Of a stretch of DNA of 64,000 nt, positions 1 to 10,880 are shown one piece after another. A program made the translations under genes and the position numbers. Source of the DNA: Bugula neritina (Eukaryota; Animalia; Bryozoa); assembly GCA_964035545.1 (NCBI GenBank), contig OZ037771.1, positions 7,659,190 through 7,723,189 on the forward strand. Reading direction: 5' to 3'. The notes under the pieces were generated by a model, which saw only the letters and a list, made by a program, of their open reading frames with translations, had not been told where the DNA came from and made no database searches. How positions within the stretch are numbered: position 1 is the stretch's first letter; each line of letters opens with the position of its first letter.

Positions 1-260
1 AAAACTAGATAACTGTAACTCGCACACAAATAGTCTATGTACTCAGTTCAGGTTTATGAAAGGTCATGTGATTACACAGCACAGCACAGCTGCTACCTGC
101 TCTTTTTATTCTATTTGTTTTTAATTTTCAATTGAATAATGGATTTGCGGTTTGAAAATTTTGGAAGATACTACTCTGAGTTAAATTTCTTAATAAAATT
201 ATCCCATTCCTAAGAATGATGCCAGAAATATTGGTTTCTATCAGTGGACTAAACTCTCAC

Positions 261-1472
261 TTTCAAAGCAGGAGTGAAGGATTAGAAGGTCGTCAACATC
301 AAAGTTCCTCTGTCCAGTTGAAGTCTCAGCTTCCTGTTGATGAGTTCTGAGAGCAGAAAGTTCTGGTGAGGAGGAGTTGGTACTCTGTTGAATATTCTGT
401 TCAGTTTGACTGACTGAGTTACCTGATTGATTAGTAACACATGTGATATACCAACCAGTATTCTATGTATATGTATGAATACTAGAGTATCATATAATAC
501 AGTATTACAATAGTATAATATATTCTTACTCGTATCATATCTACACTCACCAACTCTGCACGCCTGAATAACCACAACTTTAGGCTTGCCGGCCATGTTG
601 GGAAAATTTGTAGAGTTAATGAGAGTGTAGATCTGTGTTAGATAGACTGGCTGTGAGTCAACTCCATGAATCATTCCATTAGCTCCGTGTGCAAACAGAA
701 ACAGGAAGAACATACCATAAGTGTTATGAATCTCATCTCTTGTCTCTGATTGAATACACTGTAGTATCTCCTGTATATGAATATAACACAACACACACAG
801 TATACAAACTCAATGTGAGAGAGTCTATTCTATGAACAGAACTGACCAGCTCTAATAAACATACACTTCTATTCAGTACAGAGAGAATACAAGTAAAGAC
901 AACTCCTGAGACTACATCCATATATTCAGTGTGAGTGTTGGGAGAGGGGAGAATTATTTTCTTCAGTAATTGCAGCTCAGACACAGAATGAAGCAAACAT
1001 ACAAACATAGGGGGAGGAGGGGAGTGGGACCCAACCATTTGTCAACATCTTTTTGCAGAACAACTGCAATCAAAATATAGAGACAAGCAAGAATATTTGT
1101 CACGTCTCATACTAGCCTTTAGGAAGTTAGCTCCGTGAAGCAAAGGTTAGCCTCAAAGTTAAGAGATTGTATTTCCCTACTTTAATAACTGATTCAATAG
1201 ACAAGTCTGCAGGCTATTATAACAGTGAAGTGAGACATTAACCATTATTAACTAGTCACACTACGTGATAAGAAAAGGGAGACAACTACAAGTAAATAGA
1301 AATATACCTCAGCTGTGAGATCCTTCTGCTTCACAACCTCAAATCCCATCTTCCTGAACAGAGCAAATGTGTTGTCAACATCATAACCAGAGCCAAGTCT
1401 CTCTCCTCCATTTCTATACTTGTTGTTTATAATCAGAGCTCTTCCTCTGAATGGACTCGTCATCTTGTATAT
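261..1472 (-). CDS. Caspase (peptidase C14A) exons, copy A: p20, intersubunit linker and start of p10
   Basis: YKMTSPFRGRALIINN...RLGS..D, FLFAHG (catalytic His), GKPKVVVIQACRV (catalytic Cys), DDLLILHSC. Confidence 0.9.
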
Positions 1473-1657
1473 CTGTAGATACAGACTATCTAATTAGTTT
1501 AGTACTTATTCATATCATATTAGAAGCAACTGAAGAGTTAAAAGTCGTCCATGAGTAGACTAATATGGTCTAGGGCATATTGTGGGACTTCTGCTAGCCA
1601 AAACAGTACTGGGAAAATTGAAAGTTCAACCTAGAAGTTTGTTCCGTAGAACAGTAA

Positions 1658-1967
1658 CCCATTATTCACACTTACCATACCTTAGCCTGTAATAGCTAAT
1701 ATCAGCCATTTTTACAAATGTCTGAGCTTCCTGTACGGCATTGCAGTACGTTAAGATCAAGCAGTGCGTTAAGATCAAGCAGTACTTGATTCAAAAATGT
1801 TGCGGCGGAGTTCTATTAGACGGAAAAACTTTCGCGTCAACTCATTGGATATAATTGTCCAATAAAGTGTCACCTAATAGCGGACTTTGAAAACTTCAGA
1901 CCGGACACAATAAAAATGGCTGATATTTTACATTAGGATCTACAGGATGGTAAATGTGAATGAGGGG
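1658..1967. mobile_element. ~310-bp MITE (CCC...GGG ends, piggyBac-like); also about 53402-53708, truncated at about 24192-24357
   Basis: Imperfect inverted arms including ATATCAGCCATTTTTA / TAAAAATGGCTGATAT. Confidence 0.55.
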
Positions 1968-2097
1968 TAAATCAATCACAAGACTGTTAAAGGAAGGTTA
2001 TTTCAAACTTGAAGTAAAGTTGGTTATTTATAGCGCTAAAAAGAAGGTAAAATATTTTTATAGCTAGAACAGTTGATAAGTAGATGACAAGATAAAA

Positions 2098-2375
2098 ACA
2101 GAGAGGAGAGCCAAGGCTATACAGAGATAACAGAGAGGAGAGCCAAGGCTATACAGAGACAGAGAAGAGAGCCAGGGCTATACAAAGATAACAGAGAGGA
2201 GAGCCAAGGCTATACAGAGATAACAGAGAGGAGAGCCAAGGCTATACAGAGATAACAGAGGGGAGAGCCAAGGCTATACAGAGAAAACAGAAAGGAGAGC
2301 CAAGGCTATACAGAGATAACAGAGAGGAAAGCCAGGGCTATACAGAGATAACAGAGAGGAGAGCCAAGGCTATAG
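2098..2375. repeat. 32-bp minisatellite AGCCAAGGCTATACAGAGATAACAGAGAGGAG, about 8-9 copies
   Basis: Direct tandem units, intronic. Confidence 0.9.
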
Positions 2376-2899
2376 AATATTCAACATGACATACAAACCT
2401 TTGAAGTGTTGATGAAGAGAGACTTGATACTCTGATTAGTAGTAGGAACTAGTGTCAACTTGGTAAGATCTTCTGAAGTGGAGGTAGTATCTTCTCCTTC
2501 ATCCGAAACATCACTCAGTACATCATCAGTACCAACAGTATGAGTAGCAGCTCCACTGTGTCCAATATTATCTACATGTACAGGAAACATCACATAAACA
2601 GCTCACAGAAATGTAATGAAACCAGCAACCTACAGGAACAACTTCAACTGTCAATAACAAACATGGAGAATCAGAAAGGAAGAAAGTTATTTCTAATCAA
2701 TTCACTAGAAGTGAGTTTAATTCATGATACCCGGTGGCTTGAAGTTGGTCTTCACAAAATCACTCAGTTTCTGCAGCTCATCTCCAGAAAGCTGGAAAGC
2801 TGCAATATAAGTATGAAATATGGAGGTTGCTATTACGTGGACAGTACATCGTTATCTAAATAAGTTATAAATAACCTGCCAAAAGATAATCATACTAAC

Positions 2900-4824
2900 T
2901 TGGGTGTAAGAGACAAGCTGGGACATCTCTGTATGCTCCACATCTACCAGGTGATGAATCTGTAGTCATGGGAAGGAATTCACCATACTTTGGAGGTCGA
3001 CACCAGGGTGGGTTGATGAACCTTTTTGGACGCTTTTCTCCAACCAACGGGCAGTGAGCACACAAGTTGACACAGGTGATTTTACTTGCTCCTCACCAGA
3101 AGTTGACGTACTCTACGGTTGAATGAACTGAAGTGGTCAACATCCTCCAAGCATTGCCTACCTGCCGACAAGCAGACGTTACGGAGATAGTGAGTTTACG
3201 AGATTTGTAGTCATGCAGCAACTGCAGGGTGTAAGCTTCGTCTGTCAGCTCCACTCCATTCTTTCTCACAGCTTTTTCACTACAATCCTGGAGAGCGTTG
3301 AGAGGTTTTACAGAAATCTGGTGGTAGACGTACTGAGGGGGAGTCAAGCCACCAAACAACATGTTTACTGACAGCTTTACAGGTTGCCTCCTGGAGGCAG
3401 TCAAGTCGGTGAAATACTCCTGTGAGAAGTATGGCATAGTGTAACTTAGTTTCTGGGATGAATCTTTCATCTCGAATAACAACTGGAAAGATTGCAGCAA
3501 TGCGACTGCCACCTTCATCTTGTCACTCGTGGTGAAGCTGGTCTCTGCTATCAGAAGATGCTGACACAGCTTCTCACTCATTCTGCCAGTTCGAACAAAC
3601 TCTTGAGCCAAATTGTTAAACTCTGTTTCATTTTCTATCAACGGATTGTCAAGTGAATCCTCTTCAATCGCTGACCATCGATTGCTCCACACTTCCTTCT
3701 CGTGAGTGAAGAATACGTGGAGCAGCTTTGTAACCACAGAGATGTCGTAGAATACCAGAGACTGCAAATTCTTCCTATTCTGGTACCAAATGAGATGGCC
3801 GCTGTTATGCATGTACGAGAGAATCACTCTCAGCTGGTCTTCACTTTCCAACTCGCATTCAATGACATGTTGAAGCACTTCTGGAAATGTCTTGTAACTT
3901 TCATGGAATGAGTTGAATGTTTGAGCAACTTTTCTCCACAGAGTAGGCACCTTCTTCACGACTAGTTTACTGTCAGATAAGATATGACTTCTCAGCTGAT
4001 CAAACACCTCTTCATATTCATCACCCACAACATATATATCTTGTTCTTGAAACATCTCTTGGCGCTGAAAATGAGAAATTTCTGCAAAGGAGCTAGAATA
4101 ATTCTCTTTAGAATTTTCTTCTAGTTGTAACAAATTGAATACACTTTTGGTGTGGAAAAAGAACAGCCTTTTTAGCTCTTCAAATCCATCTGCACTGTAA
4201 GCATCTCGGTGAGTGAAAACCAGTTTGGGTGCTCTGAGCCCGGGATTGGCCAGGTACAGATGTGAGAGCCAATCAAAATATGTGCATCGAACTGCTTCAT
4301 TACCATTCACCTCTAAACAGAGCTCTTCGAACTCCTTTAGATTCACAACCACAATAGGAATACAGTTCTGTTTCAACGTGAACTGGTAGGTAGATTGGTA
4401 GATTTCATTGCCACCAAAATCTATGAACTGAAGAACATTGTTACCAACCACTAACTTTTCCATATTGAAGACACGAGTTGTTTCATCTTCCACTGCATCA
4501 GCCGCTCTATTGGTTAGTTCCCGTTTGCCATCTGATCCCACCAGCGTTTTTACTAGGCTGGTTTTGCCAGATAACGATCTACCCACTAGAGCGACCGCAG
4601 CTTCAGAAACTTCTACATGACCACCTGACTTAAGATCTTTATAATACTGTCTGATAGCATGTAGTCCTTCTACACACACAGCATAAGGTGGAGATGTGAG
4701 TGATTCACACCCGAAGCAGTACAGTTCAGTCAGATTAGGCATGTTGAGAAGGTGAGGAGTTAAAGATGTCATCTGAGAGTTGTTTGACAAGTCTAAGACT
4801 TGGAGATTCTTGAGTTGACCAACA
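2900..4824 (-). CDS. Roc-COR exon, copy A (terminal LRRs + Roc GTPase + COR; MFHAS1/ROCO-like), interrupted by stop at 3093
   Basis: P-loop GRSLSGKTS, G3 DFGGN, G4 THRD, pre-Roc LTSPPYAVC motif, COR-like LSYMHNSGHLIWY; 1925-nt exon. Confidence 0.9.
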
Positions 4825-7345
4825 CTACCAAGTAAGTATACAGTATAACTTTAGTATTATTCTATATCAAATGTATTATGCTTAAAAGTAAAACTTGATT
4901 AAATACATAATAGTTAAGTATCCAACATAGCCTGAGAGATAAATAGTGTTTGACAGCACAACTGTTGTAAATGACTAGAACACAGGCCAAACTGAAAATA
5001 TAGACTATAATGATTGTTTGACTTAACAGTACAACCATTACAGTGAAAACATCGAGTATTGATTCAAAATTTGCAAATTTTATTACATTTCAAAACTTTG
5101 GATCTACTATAATACAATTGCAACATATGCAAAGTGTATTATTGCAAAATTATTACAGCCATACGTAAAAGTTTGACACCTTCATACACTTTTTGCAGCA
5201 TTGATAAATGGCTATACAGGACTTTCAATCTCCTATTATTTCAAAAAATTTGAAGTAATGCCAAACTGTTGCATATGGTCTTGTATGTTGTCTACTAATC
5301 TAACTAAATATATTTAAATAATTTTGAATAGATAAACTACATTTGCTCTAAGGAGCTTGCAAGCTGAAATAAATGTTCAAGTGTTGTTTACCCATTTAGG
5401 CTCATTTTTGCCTCCACACCATTGTACAATCAAGGCAAAGTACTGTATTGTGAATAAATATTTACAAAGTTTCAACCTGGGAACAAGCATTGGGCAACTT
5501 GAAATGTAACTGTACTACAGACTGAGTAAGCAGTAATGACATAATATACCTCACAAATCTACTATTTCTCTAAACTCAAACTTCACTTCTATATGGTGAG
5601 TGGTGGAAGACAAAATTTTAGTAGACAGCAGCTATCAAACTAAGAAGTACTGAAAGAAAGAAGCAATTGGGTTTGGTTTTGCAGCATTACAGGAAACTGG
5701 GGAGTGATTTATGGAATGCTATGACATTGGTGATTTCATACTTCAAATTGGTTTATGAAAATTACTACTCCATGGCAAGACTAAATTCATGCTGCCAGCT
5801 GCGTGGAGATTATGCAGAAGAAAGTAACTTTAGAGAAAGTAGAAAAAAACGTACTTTCTACCATACTTTCCTAGTAAAAGAGAGAAAATGCAAGTACTAG
5901 AGTGGCCCATGCAAAAGGCCAAAAGAATATTTTTATAGACAGTACAAAGAAGAGTAGCTGAGATAAAACCAACTGACATGGTCAATTTAGCTAGAACTGT
6001 CATCAATTCATGGGACAGGATGTGAGATAAACCACAAAATCAGCTGTGCTAGTGGAGAATATGTCAGCCTACTGCCTAGCAGTCATTGGTGCTAATAGTT
6101 ACTCACTCACACTGAAACACTGATATGTTATGTGCAACAATCTTTTCACACACAAAAACATCTCATTGTACAATCTTCTTCATTTTGCTAACCAACTAAA
6201 GAGAAAATTTCAAATCCTACATAAATATGTTTCAGTGCAAAAATTGATGGCAAAAAGCTTTTTAGCATTTTTCTATTGATAAGCTTATGCTATACAATAA
6301 ATAACAATGATCTAGAGTTGTAGCTCAGCCAATAAGTTGCATTTCATATATATATTTAAATATTTAAATATGTTTACGTAATAGAAGACAATATATAACT
6401 AACATAACTCACCTGTCTGGTAATGTATGTAAGTCACAGAACCGTAGACGTAACACTGTAAGTGACTTCATCTTTGGTATCACCTCAGGTAATGTTCCTA
6501 ACTCATTAAGAGACACAACTAATGTGTGTAGATGTGTGATGTGAGAGAGACTGTAATATACATACAATATACCATGACTATAATTATACAAGTTACAGGA
6601 ATATTATGTTAAACATACTGTGAGTTTATTCTAAACTGTTGCTTTGTAAGTATGGATTGCCAGTTAATTGTGTGCAGTAAGGATAGCCAAAAGAGAATAG
6701 GCAGTTTCAACATGTGGCAAACATATAGAAAGAGTCCTGGTTGCGCAATGCTGACATCCTGTAGTTTGTAATGGAAAGTAAAAAGTATTCAAAAGATGGA
6801 AAACCTCTAGGTGTGGTGACGATGAAGAGAAGGGAAAGATCACAGAGAAAGTATACGGAGAGAAGAAAAAACAGACGACAAATAAAATTGTAACAGCCAA
6901 AGAGAAGGCATATGGGACAGTCTATGAATACCTACAAGAGATCGAAGCAAAGAACCTATACACTTATATACCTATAAAAACCTATATATACCTAGATACA
7001 AGTTGGCCAAAACAAGAAAAAGACGATTATTGGATATAAATAGAATGAAATTGTGACTATAATCCATCAGAATGGTGACAGCATAAATGAGAATGTCGAG
7101 ACACATCTTTAGGATAATTTATGAGGAGCATATGGAAAATGATGTGATTAGATAACAGGTTGGAGTGACATGAATGTCTATAAACATGAGGAAAAACGTC
7201 TGCAGTGGTATTGCCATGTTTGCAGCAAAGATGATGATATTAGCTTCAACTCCAATGGATTAGAATCAATGGTATAATGGATATGAAGAATCTGACAAAT
7301 TGAAACATACAATATAATCTAACAAGAAATGAGGGTGGTCTAGGC

Positions 7346-8996
7346 CAGTGGCTCCCAACCTTTTTCCTACTATTCCCCCATTTAATAAATGTTGACTACT
7401 GTATTAATTCCCCCCCCTTTCGTAAAGCAAAAAAAGTTTCATGACTGACATAATGATAATATAGGATACAATACAATATTGTTTGTTCTATTAAAATATA
7501 ATTATAATAGTAGTTATATTATCGTTCTTATTATGTTATGCATGTATAGAACAAGGAGCAGTTCAATTTATAATGATTCTTTTGTGCCAGCTTGCATAAG
7601 TCTGCATTGCTGTTTTTGGCTATGCCCATCTTAATTCACTCTGCAGATTAGGGCAGTTTCTTTTCTCTTTGAATTAATGGGAATCCTATCTCACTTGGAA
7701 AGATGGCGCTGGGTGGCACCAAAATTCTACTTTGTCAGCTATGTGTGGGTAGAGTTTGCTTAAAACCCAAAATGATTTTAGGTGAAAATGGCACAAATGG
7801 AGAAGTAGGTAAGACTGGCACACTGATGGTAAACTTTCCCAAACCCCCACTCCAGCCATCACAATTGAACCCCAAACCAAAACCTCCAAATTGTATTCAA
7901 ACCCAAAATCCTCAACTCAAATCCCACCCCTGAACCCCAATATTGAAAATGTGCTATTTTTACACACTTTTTAATTTTTGCCATTATTACCTGTGCCTTT
8001 TATACCAGACACCATCCACAATACATCAATTAAAGAAGATTTCAAATCAACCTTCATTGCTGAATTGTAAACCAACTCAATGAAATCCTCTTGTAATTCT
8101 TCTGAATTCTTTTAACAGAACGTTGCAATAGATCACATGTCAAGCTAAGAATCTAGCTCTTTCTTTTTGAGAGGTAGCTCAGAAAAATATTGTTAAAACT
8201 CCAATAAAAGTTCAGAGAGATCCGCAGAAGTTTTTTGGAGAAAGAACCTGGAACAAGTGGTGTTCGGTAAAAATGGCACAGGTGGTAGTGGCACAGGTAG
8301 TAGTGGCGCAGGTAGTAGTGAAACAAATGGAAAATTGGGTAAAAATGGCACATTTTCAATATTAAAGTTGAAGATTTGGGGTTGGGGGTTCAAGATGAAG
8401 GGTTTCGGGTTCAGCATGGGGGTTTGAGAAAATTTAACACCAGTGGGCCAGTTTTACTTAAAGTCAAAACAGGTTCTTTTCCTAAAATAGTTTATGGAGT
8501 GTGGGGAAAGACACCATATTTTTGATAGGACGCCACAACTTTAGTGTAACTTTGAAAACATTGATGCTGCAAGGCAGAGCAATGATAAGATTATTGCACT
8601 CCTGTATTTTTAGGTTCAGATTATTTAGTGTAGCAAATATAGTCACTAGGTATGATACTTGTATTATGTATGTATGGTAATTTATAGAGATTAGCTTGCT
8701 TAAAGTTGGCCTATTGGTTTTTGCAAACTTTTTGACATCGATTCAAAGTAGTACAGAGAACAATGAGGGTAGAGTAATTAATAAACACATTCATGTTGAA
8801 GTAAACTGAGATTGCAGAATATAGCTTGGTTAAATAGATAAACTACGAGGAGAGTTTATAGGTATGCATGTACATGTAACATGCAAGAGCTCAAAAAAGC
8901 CTTCAATAAACTGCGTGAATTTCTTAAAATCTAAATCCCCCCAAAAAGCCCAAACTCCCCTCTAGGAGAGAATTCCCTCCAGGCTGGAAACCACTG
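7346..8996. mobile_element. Non-autonomous hAT (Charlie/Buster-like) element with nested MITE-like pieces
   Basis: TIRs CAGTGGCTCCCAACCT / AGGCTGGAAACCACTG; 8-bp TSD GTCTAGGC on both sides. Confidence 0.85.
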
Positions 8997-9984
8997 GTCT
9001 AGGCAAAAAGGGTGGGAGGTTTGTTTAAGAATAATATCCACTTTATTACTGGAGAGTTGGTATGCTGGGACTACTATTATCATTTCTGTTGTACTCTATT
9101 ATATATGTACATAGAGTTAGAACACAGAGAGAATGTAATATACATACAACTTTAGTGATTAGAGTTTAGACCAAAGTAAATATGGGAAGAAAGTGCTTTT
9201 TAAGAGATTAGATGATTCAGTGTAACAAATTGCTAAATCAATGCTAAAACAATTTTCCATTTGAGAATAATATTCACTTTATTACTAGATAGTTGGTATG
9301 CTGGGACTACTAGTATCAGTTCTGTTATACTTTATTATATGTTTACATAATAGTAGAACATATATAACTAATATAACTCACCTGTCTGGTAATGTATGTA
9401 AGTCACATAACTGTAGATGTAACTCTGTAAGTGACTCCATCTTTGGTATCACCTCAGGTGATGTTCCTAACTTATTACGAGACACATCTAATGTGTGTAG
9501 ATGTGTGAGTTGAGAGAGACTGTAATATACATACAATAAACCATGACTATAATTATACAAGTTACAGGAATATTATATGGCAAATATGCAGTGAATATAA
9601 TTTATTATTGCCTTGTAATATAAATTGGGTAAGTTATTTGCATTTAAGAATTATATTTACTTTATTACTAGAGAGTTGGTATGCTGGGACTACTAGTATC
9701 AGTCATATTATACTTTATTATATATTTACATAATAGTAGACAATATATAACTAATATATCTCACCTGTCAGGTAATGTATGTAAGTCACAGTTGCGTAGA
9801 CGTAACTCTGTAAGTGACTCCATCTTTGGTATCACCTCAGGTAATGTTCCTAACTCATTACCAGACACATCTAATGTGTGTAGATGTGTGAGTTGAGAGA
9901 GACTGTAATATACATACAATATACCTCGACTAAAATTATACAAGTTACAGGAATATTATGTTAAACATACTTTGAGGTTATATA

Positions 9985-10880
9985 AGGTGAAGAACAAAAA
10001 TAAGGACTGAGAAAAACACAGCTTTCTGCCTGAGACTTGGAACTTGGAACTATAATGACCCTCCTAGCTGTTCCAAACTTCAAGCTTCTCAGCCACTGCC
10101 AATGGGCCATGCAATTTGCAGATGATGTAATGCTGTGCAATGGATAGGCAAAGAGGGTGATAGGTTAGAAGAACAGAGGAAAGAAAATTAGAAGAAGCTG
10201 GACTAAAGCTGAGCAGAACCAAGACTGAGTACATGCTACCAGTGAGACTAGATAACAAGGAGAAGAAATACTATGACTGAGATAACTACAGTGCTCTGCC
10301 TGAGACTAGTGCTTTCAAATGCCTTGAAACTCTAATAATCAGAATGGTGGGTTGTGGCCTTGAAGTAGCTAGGAGGATTAGAGTGGCTTGGGACAAGTGG
10401 AAGGATCTCTCAGAAGTGCTGTGTGATAAGAAGGTATCAACTAAACATACAGTACTTCTGTTTAGAATATCCATTCTGTATGGTAATGAAACCTGGTCAG
10501 TTACTCATGGGATGGAAGAAAGGATGAAGACAGCAGAAATGATACACAATTTCGGGATAACTTACGAGGAGCACATTGAACATGTGATTAGATAACAGGC
10601 TGAGGTGAAACGAATACCTACATACATGAAAAAAAATGTCTGCAGTGGTATTTGCATATTTGCAAAAAAGAAATGATGAGGATATTAACCTCAATTATAA
10701 TGTATAAAAATCAATGGTATATGGAGATATTAAAAATCTGACAAATGGGAACATACTATAAAATATATCAAGAAGTATTGGAGCCTTAAGCAAGAAGAAG
10801 TCCACAGCCGAGTGTAATTGAGCTGGGAGATTGCAGAACGGCTACCTTGCAGGACTATAGTCAGTTAGGTGAGAAAGGTG
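9985..10880 (+). mobile_element. Decayed RTE-type LINE fragment in LRR intron (related pieces about 6660-7310, 11555-12130, 34725-35320, 62365-63010)
   Basis: GLKLSRTKTEYM, RRIRVAWDKWKDLSEVLCDKK, ILYGNETW motifs of the RTE RT C-terminus. Confidence 0.7.

Noticed and set aside
282-550. C-terminal tail of the 170-aa caspase ORF (ECRYDTSK...LTTF) and its paralogues
   Set aside because: Read-through of an intron and of the next exon in the wrong frame; the true frame gives the linker and DDLLILHSC
2098-2375. 32-bp repeats as a CRISPR array
   Set aside because: Units are contiguous without unique spacers, the context is eukaryotic and there are no cas genes
2399-2899. Death domain, CARD or DED between COR and caspase
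   Set aside because: Only about 80 aa of mostly low-complexity linker fit the splice model, with no six-helix pattern
3093-3095. TGA as selenocysteine or programmed readthrough
   Set aside because: The paralogous codon is Trp, the context TGA-G is not a typical readthrough motif, and no SECIS was recognised
3093-4790. Naming the gene MFHAS1 or LRRK
   Set aside because: Only general ROCO-family similarity; no kinase, different architecture, and orthology cannot be shown without a phylogeny
6409-6591. The repeated 60-aa ORFs starting MYNYSHG as small standalone proteins
   Set aside because: They start at TTG/GTG-type codons in intron sequence and stop at the TGA inside the GTGA donor; only the 138-bp core is exonic
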